Assembly: GCF_009914755.1 (NCBI RefSeq)
Contig: NC_060926.1
Reading direction: 5' to 3' (one strand)
DNA from: the human T2T-CHM13v2.0 reference genome, Homo sapiens
DNA: 64,000 nucleotides
This document shows, one piece after another, positions 1-19,754 of the stretch. Position numbers and translations under genes: made by a program. Under the pieces are notes generated by a model. The model was given only the letters and a program-made list of their open reading frames with translations, had not been told where the DNA came from and made no database searches. Numbering within the stretch: position 1 is the first letter of the stretch; the number at the start of each line of letters is the position of its first letter.

Positions 1-1
1 G

Positions 2-334
<333 letters not shown>

Positions 335-449
335 TTGCATTGTGATTTTGATTTACGTTACCCTATGGCTAATTTGGATAAATTTTTAATGATGAAAACC
401 TATATTACTTTTGGAATCTGGAAATATTTTCATTTTGAACTTCTAAAAG

Positions 450-710
450 TAGATTAGAGAAGTACCTAGAGAAGTCAAATGTATAGACAGAAAATAGGAT
501 GATGGTTGCCAGGGGCGGAGGGAAAGAGGGAATGAGGAATTACTGTTTAATGGGTATGGATGGAGTTTTAGTTGGAGAAGATGAAAACATTCTGGAGATG
601 GATGGTGGTGATGGCTGCACAACAATGTGCATGTATTTAATGCCATTGACTTGTATACTTAGAAATGGTTAAAATGATAAATCTTATGTATATTATATTA
701 TATATTTTTT
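450..710 (+). mobile_element. L1M (L1MB-like) 3' end fragment
   Basis: ggttgccaggggc...ttctggagatggatggtggtgatggctgcacaacaatgtg, typical of old L1 3' UTR. Confidence 0.8.
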
Positions 711-763
711 AAAGTAGAGAATTGAGATCTGTTAATATAATTTAATATTGCCATAAACATTGA

Positions 764-1097
<334 letters not shown>

Positions 1098-1445
1098 AGG
1101 AGAACACATTTGTTCTTGTCAGAATTCTTTTAAAATACATAAAGATCTGTTTCTAAAGAAATGAAAAGCAGGTGGTAGGAATTTTAACATTTTAAAAAAA
1201 GGCTCAGAACCACAGGCCTAGGGACTATGAAAATAGCTTATAACAGTGTGGTCCAGATGGGCTACATGGAATTAAACTGCACTCTGTTGATGTACTCTTT
1301 GTGGTTCCTGATTTTGTTACCCAGAGGTATCAATGTTCAGTTAAAATTCATTTCATACAAGTGTCTCATTGAAAAGGGACTTTGTAGTTATACTGATGCA
1401 GCTTGTCTGCTGATCAAGTCCTAATGACTCAATTGTTGTGATTAG

Positions 1446-5888
<4,443 letters not shown>

Positions 5889-7109
5889 TATCTGGAAAAT
5901 TTGCTGCCTGCCTTCTACTTCTCAAATCTTTCTTGTAAAAGTTTCCAATTTTTTCACTGAAACCTGAGTTAAAAATCTTGATGATCAGCCTGTTTCATAA
6001 GAAACTCCAATCAAGTTAATCTTAGCAGACATGTGTTTCTGGAGCATCACAGAAGGTATATTGCTAGTTACACTTTGCCCTCCTGCAGTTTCTTCTCTGC
6101 TCCCAACCCCCATCTCATAGCATCCCCCTCTATTTCCAATGCTCCTCTCCAACCGCTTAGTTTCTGAATTTCTTTTAAATTACAGTTTTATGAAAGCATA
6201 TTTTATTTACTTGGTGTTGAAATAGCCCTCATAAAACCTAAGCACTTGGAAACACAATAATAGTATTAACTAACTAGATCTATTGAATTTCAGAGAAGAG
6301 CCTTCTAACTTGTTTACACAAAAACGAGTATGATTTAGCATTCATACTAGTTGAAATTTTTAATAGAATCAAGGCACAAAAGTCTTAAAACCATGTGGAA
6401 AAATTAGGTAATTATTGCAGATTGATGTCTCTCAATCCCATGTATTGCGCTTATGTTACAAGTTGTTGTCACAGTTGAGACTTAATTTCTCCTAATTTCT
6501 TCTGCCCGAAGGGTAAGTGGTGCGTCCAGCTTACACAATCATAATTCAAAGGTTGGTGGGCAATGTAATACTTAATTAAAATAATGATGGAAGAGCTATC
6601 TGGAGATTATGAGTAAGCTGATTTGAATTTTCAGTATAAAACTTTAGTATAATTGTAGTTTGCAAAGTTTATTTCAGTTCACATGTAAGGTATTGCAAAT
6701 AAATTCTTGGACAATTTTGTATGGAAACTTGATATTAAAAACTAGTCTGTGGTTCTTTGCAGTTTCTTGTAAATTTATAAACCAGGCACAAGGTTCAAGT
6801 TTAGATTTTAAGCACTTTTATAACAATGATAAGTGCCTTTTTGGAGATGTAACTTTTAGCAGTTTGTTAACCTGACATCTCTGCCAGTCTAGTTTCTGGG
6901 CAGGTTTCCTGTGTCAGTATTCCCCCTCCTCTTTGCATTAATCAAGGTATTTGGTAGAGGTGGAATCTAAGTGTTTGTATGTCCAATTTACTTGCATATG
7001 TAAACCATTGCTGTGCCATTCAATGTTTGATGCATAATTGGACCTTGAATCGATAAGTGTAAATACAGCTTTTGATCTGTAATGCTTTTATACAAAAGTT
7101 TATTTTAAT

Positions 7110-7115
7110 AATAAA
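7110..7115 (+). terminator. Proximal polyadenylation signal AATAAA
   Basis: AATAAA followed by a GT/T-rich tract (tgtttgttct...ttgtctgctttttt). Confidence 0.65.
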
Positions 7116-7189
7116 ATGTTTGTTCTAACTTGTCTGCTTTTTTAAAAATAATCTTACTGTACTTAATTCTAATTTTTTCCTCATATTTA

Positions 7190-7195
7190 AATAAA
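7190..7195 (+). terminator. Distal polyadenylation signal AATAAA
   Basis: AATAAA at the end of the AU-rich UTR, with T-rich sequence downstream. Confidence 0.7.
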
Positions 7196-7526
7196 AGGCC
7201 ATTTCCACCTTTTCTAAAAAAGTCTCCCTTTTGACTGAAGTTTCTGAAGTTCTAAGGTCAGCTTGTTTGAAAGGACCTCACTAGGTGACAGGACTAATAC
7301 CTGTGATCAGAAAACGGGCGGAGACAACCACAGTGCCTGATAGAAAACAATATGTGCCCATGAAGTTTTGTAGTGTTTTCTTTTCCTTTATGATGTGCTT
7401 TGCAATACCTGGCTTACTTTTATCAACCATTCAAACATATTAAATGCATGCTGTGCCTTGAGGCTTGTTCCAGGACTGTGAGAATCAACAAAAAAGGCAT
7501 GGTCTAAAAGCTCTCATAGCCCAATT

Positions 7527-7652
7527 CTTTTTTTATTTTTTGTAGAGACAGGTCTTGCTATGTTGCTCAGGCTGGTTTCAAACTCCTGGGCTCAAGGGAT
7601 CCTCCTGCCTTGGCCTCCCAAAGTCACAGGCAAGAGCCACCACCACACCGGC
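7527..7652 (-). mobile_element. FLAM/Alu monomer
   Basis: tgtagagacaggtcttgctatgttgctcaggctgg...ggcctcccaaag. Confidence 0.88.
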
Positions 7653-7668
7653 TGTCCAATTCTTTAGA

Positions 7669-7852
7669 CCAGGGATTGGCAAACTACAGCCTGTGGGCTA
7701 CATGCTGCTGCAGACTTTATTCGTATGGCATATGAACTAAGTATTTTTTTTTCCATTTGGAAAGGGTTGTTAAATAAGCAGAGACAATATGGTTCACAAA
7801 ACCTAAGATATTTACAACCTGGCACTTTACAGAAAAAGTTTACTGTGTCTGC
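7669..7852. mobile_element. MER58A-like hAT-Charlie DNA transposon fossil
   Basis: cagggattggcaaactacagcctgtggg...aagatatttac...ctttacagaaaaagttt. Confidence 0.75.
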
Positions 7853-9829
7853 TCTAGAGTTATTTGAGAAGCCATGTTTACCCCATGCTCATCTGGGGAG
7901 AAGAACAAGCTAAGTGAAATTGTACAACTGGTATTCTGTGTAGATCCAAAAGAAATCAGTAACTTTGTTTTTGTAAACTTTTTGGATCTTAACCCAAATT
8001 ATAATCCAACCTTATTGGATATGTAATTGGGAAGCTTAAACGTTTAGAGTTCATATAAATTGATGCTTATTTGGAAAAGTTCAGGTGATACCATGTTTTA
8101 ATAGGAAGTAGAACTAATGGTGGTTTTCATTAAAAATTAACTGTAACAGTTGATTTGGATGCCTTATCCTTAAAGGATTTACAATCTAATGGGGGAACTA
8201 AGATGAAAACCCAAAAATAATGTTCTCAGCAGGAATGAAGGGAAAAAAACAAATTGGCATTTTCCCATCACCAGACATTTTAAAACATGGGTGAGCTCCT
8301 GGGTTTTGTGATGATCCCATTTTATAATAAGGAGCCTTAGGTCAGTTGCTCAGCCTCAGCCTTGACTGTGGGAGCCCACGGGGCCCACTGCAGAGCTCCA
8401 CAGGCCATCCTGAGTGGAGAGAACTCCGGTTTTCACAGCTAGCTGCAAAAAATGGTGTTAGGGTGGCTGTGCCCCAGGAACTGCTTTCATATTTGTTTCT
8501 TCAACCTGAGGTAGAGTTTTCTGAGGTAGAGATGGTATTTACGTTTTGATTCTTACTTAGGAGTTAAGAAATGACATACGAACTAAAAAGGCTTTCACAA
8601 TGAAGGGCAAAGGCTGCAGTTAGAGGGTTTTGCTGGAAGGTTTTGTTTTTGTTTCATTTTGCTTTTAGAAGAAAGTGAGAGGGGACTTCTGATTGCCCCA
8701 GGAAGGAAATGAGGTCACTGGGAGAATGGAACTAGAGGTCTCAGTGCTTTAGGAGAAGATGGGAGTATGGGGACAGTATTAGGTACTCAGTCCTGAGGGG
8801 AATAGGAGGTTTTATGTTAATGCTAACCTCACATCCATTAGATGTCTGAAAGAATGGGGAAGTAAATCCAGATAAGTTGAGAAAAATGCCCAGTATCACA
8901 CAGCTCCAAAGAGGCAAAGCTAGGCCAAACACCAGAGAGAGGACTTTATTCTTTTTTTCCCTCTTTAAGCTGACTTTGCCTTAGGAGTCAAAGAAGAGCG
9001 GGTTGTTGATAAGGTTCTGGCAGGGAGAACAAGGGCATCTTGGGTGCTGGGTACAGCCTGGCTGATGTGGCTTACTGTAGAAACCCTGCTGAACAGGGAG
9101 GCTGGCAGGGCTGGAAGGGGTCTGAGCGTTTGTGTGGATCAGGGGGTTGCACTGGGGGCGAAGATGGGTGGAGAGCAGGTTCAGAAGGAATGAGGCAGTG
9201 GGACAGTAGGAAACCAGGGCTTTGGATGATCCTACATGGATGTTAGAAACCCCCGAGGTTTTAACTGAAGGGCATGGGAATCCTGTGGGTGGAGAGGACT
9301 CCTTAGATAACTACAAGGTTGGGGAAGGAGGAGGAAAAGCAGGGGGCAAGAAAACTTTCTAGGAGCCGTTGCTGTGAGACAACGGAAGAGGGACTAGAGC
9401 TTGGGGTGGCAATAAAGAGCCAGCAATCTGACTGGGACTGTAAGGGATGGACTCCCGGTTGCAGAGGAACTGGCACATTCCAGAGAAAGTCCTTTATCTG
9501 TTATAACATCCAGGTGATGTAAGCATTTGAGGGAAGGAGCAAGGAACAAAAGAGATACCACTCAAAGCTGAAAGCCATGAACATTTTGTTTTTTTCTAAT
9601 CTGTATTTTGTTTTGTATGGTAGCACTTACACTACATATGCAACTATTAGCATTAAAATTTGGCCCCAGTGTGGTCTTTGGTAGCTTCTTTTGTTTTCTG
9701 GTAAGATCCAATGTTACAGGCTCACTCTTACACATTCTCTACCCTAAGCCTGGAGTCAGCCATTTCTCCCAAGTGCTTTGCTTTCAAAACATTTCTTTTA
9801 TATCTATCTATTAATTGTTAGTATATTTG

Positions 9830-10100
9830 TGTATATATACATGTATACACATGCATACATATACATATTGGTATTTATATGTAAAAATAATGTGGCTATG
9901 TATACATATGGCTTCAGAATTATAATATGTATATAGTATAATACATATAATATAGAATATAAAATTGTATATTTAAATTATATAATATAGTTATATATTA
10001 AAATATATAATATCAAATTAATATGTAATATAAAATTATAATTACATAATAATTATATAGTAACACAGAATTATAGTACATATAATATGGCTTCAGTATA
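9830..10100. repeat. AT-rich low-complexity tract
   Basis: Mostly A/T with TATA/TAAT reiteration; atatggcttcag occurs twice (~9907, ~10086). Confidence 0.85.
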
Positions 10101-10104
10101 ATTA

Positions 10105-10244
10105 GGCTGGGCGTGGTTGGCTCATACCTATAATCCCAGCACTTTGGGAAGCTGAGGCGGGAGGATTGCTTGAGCCCAGGAGTTCAAAACCATCCTGGGC
10201 AACATAGTGAGACCCTGTCTCTACAAAAAATAAAAAATTAGGCC
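10105..10244 (+). mobile_element. FLAM_C/AluJ left monomer
   Basis: ggctgggcgtgg...gaggattgcttgagcccaggagttc...tctacaaaaaa. Confidence 0.9.
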
Positions 10245-10264
10245 TTGATTTTTAAAATGTAAAC

Positions 10265-10266
<2 letters not shown>

Positions 10267-10310
<44 letters not shown>
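10267..10310. repeat. (TA)22 microsatellite
   Basis: Uninterrupted TA run of 44 nt. Confidence 0.97.
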
Positions 10311-10311
<1 letters not shown>

Positions 10312-10439
10312 CTTTTAGCCTCCTATTGCCTTTCAGATAAATGGTAGCATACTACTTACTACATACTCTTTTTACCCTGCCTTTTTCACTTAACTATATA
10401 TATGGGAGATAAACATAATTTTATTATACAAAGAATTCT

Positions 10440-10733
10440 GGCCGGGAGCAGTGGCTCATGCCTGTAATCCCAGCACTTTGAGAGGCCGAGGGGGGTGGAT
10501 CACCTGAGGTCGTGAGTTTGAGACCAGCCTGGCTAACATGGTGAAACCCCATCTCTACTAAAAATACAAAAATTAGCCAGGCCTGGTGGCACACCTGTAA
10601 TCTCAGCTACTTGGGAGGCTGAGGCTCAAGGATTGCTTGAACCTGGGAGGTGGAGGCTGCAGTGAGCCAAGATCGTGCCATTGCACTCCATCCTCAGCAA
10701 GAGAGCGAGACTCTGACTCAAAAGAAAAAAAAA
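10440..10733 (+). mobile_element. AluS with TSD AAAGAATTCTG
   Basis: Full dimer with A tail; aaagaattctg on both flanks. Confidence 0.95.
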
Positions 10734-10782
10734 AGAATTCTGAAGTTATAATCAGTACTCACAAGTACGAACATGGAATTAA

Positions 10783-11204
<422 letters not shown>

Positions 11205-11307
11205 AGTAAAATTTCCTCTCCTCACACACTTAGTAGGCAAGCCATATCAACAGGAACCAGTATTTCAGTTTTATTTTTATTTGGTTTTCCATACTTTAAT
11301 AGACTAA

Positions 11308-11664
<357 letters not shown>

Positions 11665-12446
11665 CTGTTTTTTTTTTTTTTTTTTTAAACTGGTAATCAC
11701 CACTGGCACTTGCCTGAATTTCCAAGATGTGACCATTTCGAGTACCCTAGTGCTTAAGGAGGAAAAATATGTAAATAAAATTCCTTTATGCAAATGCTTT
11801 CTGCAACTCTCATTGCAAGCCAAATTCTTGTAAATCATGATAAACAGATGCTACTGAACTAAATGAGTAAGTAAAATTATGGAGATAGATTCTATTTATC
11901 TTATTTTTCAGTGTTGGGGAGGGAGAAAAGGATATTAACTAAATTTTTTCTGTGCATGATGATTAGGGCAGACACCAAGAACTCTATTAATTGATTTTAG
12001 CAAGGCAGGATTTGGGACTCAGCTAGAGAGCTGCCCCTGGTAAGGGAAAAGTTCTATTGCAACTTTGCTTGACCAGAGAACTGGGTTTGGAAATAATTCA
12101 ATATCAAGCTTGCTAGGTTCTGCCTATTGTTCAGCTTTTTGTTGCTTTTTTTCCGCCAACGTTTAAAAAAATTGTAGTAAAATTCACATAACATAAAATT
12201 TACCACTTTAACCCTTTCAAAGTATACAACTAGGTGGCTTCCAGTATATTCACAATGTTGTGCAACCATCATCACTATGTAACACTAGAACATTTTCATC
12301 ACTCCCAGAAGAAACCTCGTACCCATTAAAAAGTCACTCCTTTTTTTCCTCTCTCCAACCCATGAGAACCTATTGCTTTCTGTCTCTGGATTTGCTTATA
12401 TGCTGGACATCTGGAAACATACAGTATGTTGCTTTTTGTATCTGGC

Positions 12447-12613
12447 TTTTTTGTTTTTCTAAACAGACAGGGTCTTACTGTGTCACTCAGGGTTGAGTGC
12501 AGCAGTGTGTGATCACAGCTCACTGCATCCTGGAACTCCTGGACTTAAGCAATCATGTCACCTCAGCCTCCCAGGTAGCTGGGAATTACAAGCATGAGCT
12601 ACGACACCAAGCA
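12447..12613 (-). mobile_element. Partial AluJ
   Basis: acagggtcttactgtgtc...gatcacagctcactgc...cctcagcctccc. Confidence 0.8.
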
Positions 12614-12645
12614 GGGTCCTTTCACTTACTAATTCATTCATGTTA

Positions 12646-12948
12646 GGCCGGGTGCAGTGGCTCATGCCTGTACTCCCAGCACTTTGGGAGGCCGAGGCAG
12701 GTGGATCACTTGAGTCAGGAGTTTCAGACCAGCCTGGTCAACATGGTGAAACCCCATCTCTACTAAAAATATAAAAATTAACCAGGCATGGTGGCAGGTG
12801 CCTGTAATCCCAGCTACTTGGGAGGCTGAGGCATGAGAATCGCTGGAACTCGGGAGGCAGAGGTTCTAACGAGCCTAGACTGCACCATGGCACTCCAGCC
12901 TGGGTGACAAGAGCGAGACTCCGTGTTAAAAAAAAAAATTAATAAATA
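12646..12948 (+). mobile_element. AluS inserted in L1
   Basis: Full dimer; near-TSD attcat(t/c)catgtt on the flanks. Confidence 0.93.
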
Positions 12949-13475
12949 AGATTCATCCATGTTGTATGTATCATCATTTTATTCCTCTTCATGCCCAAAT
13001 ATTCCATTGTATGGATATACCACAATTTATCCATATATCAGTTGGTGGACATTTTGGTTGTTTTCACCTTTTGGCTAGTGTGAATAGTGCGGCTATGAAC
13101 ATTTCACTTACACATTTTAGTTTGAACACCTAATTTCAGTACTCTTTGGTATATACCTAGGAGTGGAATCACTGAATCATATGGTAATTGTATGTTTAAC
13201 TTTCTGAGGAGCTACCAAACTTTTTCTTAGTGGCTGCACCATTTTACATTTCCACTAGTAATGTGTGAGGGCTCCAGTTTCTCCACGTCCTTGCCAACAC
13301 TTGTTATTTTCTGGTTTGTGTGTTTGTTTTATAGACATCCTAGTAGGCATGAAATGGTATCTCATTGTGATTTTGGATTCCATTCCTTAATGATAGATGA
13401 TGTAGAGCATACTTTTATGTACTTGTTGGCCATTAGATTATCTTTGGAAAAAAGTCTACTTCAGCCCTTTGCCCA

Positions 13476-13642
13476 TTTTATTTATTTGTTTATTTAAGAG
13501 ACAGGGTCTTGCTCTGTCACCCAGGCTGGAGTACAGTGGCATGAGCATAGCTGACTGCAGCCTCAAACTCTTGGGCTCAAGCGATCCTCCCACTTGGCCT
13601 CCCAAAGCACTGGGATTACAGGCGTGAGCTACTGTGTTCAGA
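13476..13642 (-). mobile_element. FRAM/AluJ monomer
   Basis: Flanked by a duplicated ccctttgcccatttta. Confidence 0.85.
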
Positions 13643-14833
13643 CCCTTTGCCCATTTTAAATTGGGTTCTTTTCTTTTTGTTTTGAGTTTAAGAGTTAATA
13701 TATTCTGGATATTAGATCTTTAGCAGATATGTGATTTGCAATTATTTTCTCCCATTTCTGTGGATTTTCCACTTTTATTTTTAACAGCTTTATAGAGATA
13801 TAATTCACATACCATACAAACATTTGAAATGCTCCATTAAAGAATACAATCAATGGTTTTTAGCATATCCACAGATATGTACAACCATCACTACTGTCAA
13901 CTTTAGAACATTTTCAGCACCTCAGGAAGAAACCCTGTATCCTTTAGCTATTATCCCTACCTCTCATCCCTGCTTCCCCTAGGTCTAAGCAACCACCGAC
14001 CTGTTAATACTTTCTGTCTGTATAGCTTCCCCTATTTCGGACTTTCATATGAATAGAATCATAAAGTATGTGGACTTTTGTGGCTGACCTCTTTCATGTG
14101 GCGCATAGTGTTTTCAATGTTATCCATCTTATAGCGTGTATGAGTACTTCATTTCTTTTTATGGCCAAATAATATTCCGTTGTGTGGGAATATCACATTG
14201 TCATTTGCCCACTGATGAGCATTTGGGTTGCTTCTACTTTTTGGGGATTATGAATAATGCTGATATAAACATGTCCAAGTTTCTGTATGCACATATATTT
14301 TCATTTCGCTTAAGTATATATCCAGGAGTAGAATTGCTGGGTCATATGGTAACTGTTTTTAATTGTTTGAGGAACTGCCAGACTGTCTTTTCACTGGCTT
14401 GATTGTGTTCTCTGATGCACAAAAATTTTAATGAAGTCCAATTTATCTTTTTTTTTTTTTTTTTGCTGCTTGTTCTTTTGGTATTATATCTAAGAATCCA
14501 CTGCCAAATCCAATGTCATGAAGATTTACCCCTATCTTTTCTTCTAAGAGTTTTATAGTTTTAACTCTTACATTTAGGTCTACAATCCATTTCGAGTTAA
14601 CTTTTGTATGCAGTGTGAGCTAGGGATCTACCTTCATTCTTTTGCATATGAATATTGAATATCCCAGCACCATTTGTTGAAAAGACTATTCTTTCCCCCA
14701 TTGAATGCTCTTGGCACCCTTGTTGAAAATCAGTTGACCACCAATATATGAGTGTATCACTGGACTCCCAATTCTATTCCATTCATCTTTATGTTCTTAT
14801 GCCAGTCCCACACTGTGTTGATTACAAAACTAG

Positions 14834-15126
<293 letters not shown>

Positions 15127-15519
15127 ACAAAACTGTAGTTTTATAGGTAAGTTGTGAAATTGGGAAATGTGATCCCTCTAACTTTGTTCTTTTTCAATAT
15201 TGTTTTGGCTATTTGGGGTCCTTTGCAACTTGATGTGAATTAAACTATCACTTGTCCATTTCTGCAAACATGGAAGTTGGAATTTTGATTGGGATTATAC
15301 TGAATCATAGTTCAACTTGGGGGAATATTGTCATTTTAACAATATTAAATTTTCCAATCTGTGAACATGAGATGTCTTTCCATTTATTTAGGGCTTCTTT
15401 AATTTCTTTCAACAATGCTTTAGTTTCCTTTGTCCATATCCCTGGTTAAATTTATTCCTAAGTATTTTATTCTTTTTGATACTATTGTAGCTGAAATTGT
15501 TTTCTTTTTTCTTTTAAAA

Positions 15520-15971
15520 TTTTATTTAGAAATAAATGTTGTGTAGAGGCAGGGTCTCGCTATGTTGCCCAGGCTGCTGTCGATCTCTTGGTCTCCAACA
15601 GTCCACCTATTTTGGCCTCCCAAAGTGCTGGGATTAAAGGCAGGAACCACTACACACCCAGCCTGGAATTTTTTTTTATTTCCTGAGAAAGGAGTCTCAC
15701 TCTGTGGCCCAGGCTGGAGTGCAGCAGCATGATCTTGGCTCACAGCAACCTCCACCTCCTGGGTTCAAGCAATTCTCCTGCCTCAGCCTCCCCGTGTAGC
15801 TGGGACTACAGGCACGTACCACCATGCCCAACTAATTTTTTTTGTATTTTTGGTAGAGAGGGGCTTTCACCATGTTGGCCAGGCTGGTCTCGAACTCCTG
15901 ACCTCAGGCCATCCACTTGCCTTGGCCTCCCAAAGTGCTGGGATTACAGACGTGAGCCACTGTGTCCAGCC
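15520..15971 (-). mobile_element. Tandem FLAM (15520-15663) plus AluS (15668-15971)
   Basis: Two successive antisense Alu-family units. Confidence 0.9.
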
Positions 15972-16163
15972 AAATTGTTATCTTAATTTCATTCTCAGAT
16001 CATTCATTGCTTGTAAATAGAAACACAACTCATTTTTGTATATCGATGTTACTGTTATTTTTAAGGGAACTGCTTTCCCATCGGTGCATTCTTGAGGACT
16101 TTTGCTAATTCTCTGAGTTTATCAGTCACTCTCTGATCCTCACTCAGTCTTTCTAAATGCTGA

Positions 16164-16544
<381 letters not shown>

Positions 16545-16714
16545 AGTTCCCACTTTTAAATTAACCATAGATAGCACTTCATTTGAAGATGTTAAAATGT
16601 CAGGGCAGACATAAAGAGGGATATGGGAAATAAGCCTATGTTTATTATATTTTAAATTATTATTAATAATATTATTTTGCTCAATATCTTTTGATGGTTA
16701 TAAAAGTATATTTT

Positions 16715-16969
16715 GCACTTTGGGAGGCTGAGGCAAGAGGATTGCTTGAGACCAGGAGTTCAGGAGCAGCCTGGGCAACATAGCAAGACCCCATCTCTAC
16801 AAAAAATTTAAAAATTAGCCAGGTGTGGTGGTGCATGCCTTATAATTTCAGCTACTCAAGAGGCTGAGGCAGGATCCCTTGAGCCAAGGAATTTGAGGTT
16901 ACAGTGAGTTGATGGCACCACTGCACTCCAGCCTGGGTGACAGAGTGAGACTCTGTCTCAAAAACAAAA
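16715..16969 (+). mobile_element. 5'-truncated AluJ
   Basis: gcactttgggaggctgag...gattgcttgag...gactctgtctcaaaa. Confidence 0.9.
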
Positions 16970-17106
16970 ATTATCTTTTAATTACTTATTATAGGAAATT
17001 GGAATGTCATAATTAAAATCACCCATAATCCTTCCACTTACAAGTAACTGCAGTTAAGAATTGGGTTATTCGTGGGTACTGAACCTGAGTATTATTAAGA
17101 TTATAT

Positions 17107-17422
<316 letters not shown>

Positions 17423-17599
17423 TTATCCCTCCACCCTTTGTTTCACATCTAAATTATGTGATAATGACTTACTTTTAGGAAACATCAATTTAAATGCATT
17501 ATTAGAAGTAATAGTAATTTCTTTATTCGGACAGCTACTTGTGGCATGTCTTTCATGGATTATTTTTCTTTTTTAAAATTAAAGTAATAACATGGACTT

Positions 17600-18030
17600 G
17601 GTATCTTCGTCCATTGTCTGTTGCTTACAATACCTGAAACTGGGTAATTTATAAAGAAAAGGAATTTATTTCTTATAGTTATGGAGGCTGAGAAGTCCAA
17701 GTTCGAGGGCCCATATCTGGTGACGATCTTCTTGCTGGGGGGCACTCTGCGCAGAGTCCCAAGGTGGCACAGAGTGTCATGTGGAGAGGAGGCTGAGCTT
17801 GCTAGCTCAGGTCTCTCTTCCTCCCCTTGTAAAGCCACTGACCCACTCCCATGATAAACCATTAACCCGTTACTTCACTTACACATTAATCAATGAATAG
17901 ATTAATTCATTATTGAGGGCAGAACCCTCATAACCTCATCACTTCTTAAAGATCCCAACTCTCAACACTGCCACATTGGGGATTAAGTTTCAACATGAGT
18001 TTTGGAGGGAACAAACATTTAAATCATAAT
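17600..18030 (-). mobile_element. MaLR solo LTR (MST-family-like)
   Basis: ctgggtaatttataaagaaaag...ggaggctgagaagtccaag...gggattaagtttcaacatgagttttggaggg. Confidence 0.85.
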
Positions 18031-18407
18031 ATTTGGCTAAAACAATCAAATAGCTCTGAAGGATTTACAATAAAAAGCAACAGCTCCTTTCTCCACCTCT
18101 CCAGAACCCCAGCCCTATTTTCCAGGGAGCAACCACTTTTAACTTCAGTTTTTATAACTTTTGAGGAATAACCTGCATATCTCAACTAGTAATTCTTTCC
18201 TGATATTTCTTGATGTGTAAACTTTGATTTACTCACTGACTTCCTGACCTCTTTTCCTCACTTCTGCTACTAACCCTGGTAACTCTCCTTTTATTTTTGC
18301 ATAATCAAGGCTGATAATATTTACCTTTTGATCTAAAAATGTCTCCTGAACCTTGTCTATAGGATCGTTCAAAAGGTTGAGAAAAAATAAACAATGTACA
18401 TTAATAA

Positions 18408-18748
<341 letters not shown>

Positions 18749-19417
18749 GTGATACATTATTATTACATTGCCTTCCTTTCAGTTCTTGATGACAACCTGT
18801 GGCCAGCCTCTCAAAGGAGAATATTCTCAGTGCCACCATCAATTGGATTGTCTGTTCTTATACTCCAGTGATTATTTAAAATTATCCCACATTTTATTTT
18901 CTTAACTTTCTTATAGACATGTCAAATTTTCTCCTAGGTTTTTAGATTGCCTTTATTCTTGAAAGGAAAATGAAATACACACTTTATCACATATTTAATC
19001 TTTCTTCTTTTTTATTCTACTTATTGCTTGGATCCCTCTTCATTCTTCTCTTGAAGCCACTAAATTACTCCCCTGTTTTGCTACAAAGCTGTCTTCCTAA
19101 GAAGAGCAAGTTCCATCATTTCTTGCAACCCACATTTTTCCCTCCCTTAGTTTCCATTCTGATTGTACCGGGGTACATCCTCAGGCAATTAAATCGGCCA
19201 GGTTAAGAGGTAAGTCATTGCACACGTTGAAAATTATTGTGTTCAAACTTAGTTATTAGTTTGATTGGAAAGAGAATACGAAGTCAAATTTCTCTTCGGA
19301 TTTTTGTAGTTTTGTTCCCTCACAGAGGTCTTTGCTGGTGATAATCTTTTTTTTTTTTTTTTTTTTTTTTTAAACAAGTGACCTGTATTTTTCTCAAAGT
19401 CTTTTGGGGATCTCTCT

Positions 19418-19720
<303 letters not shown>

Positions 19721-19754
19721 AGGATCTCTCCATTGTTTTTTTTTTTTTTTAAAT

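Larger units (their letters stand above)
5889..7216 (+). other. CDCA7: CDCA7 3' UTR (end approximate)
   Basis: AU-rich sequence with no recognisable repeats between the stop codon and the poly(A) signals; cleavage inferred ~20 nt after the distal AATAAA. Confidence 0.8.
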
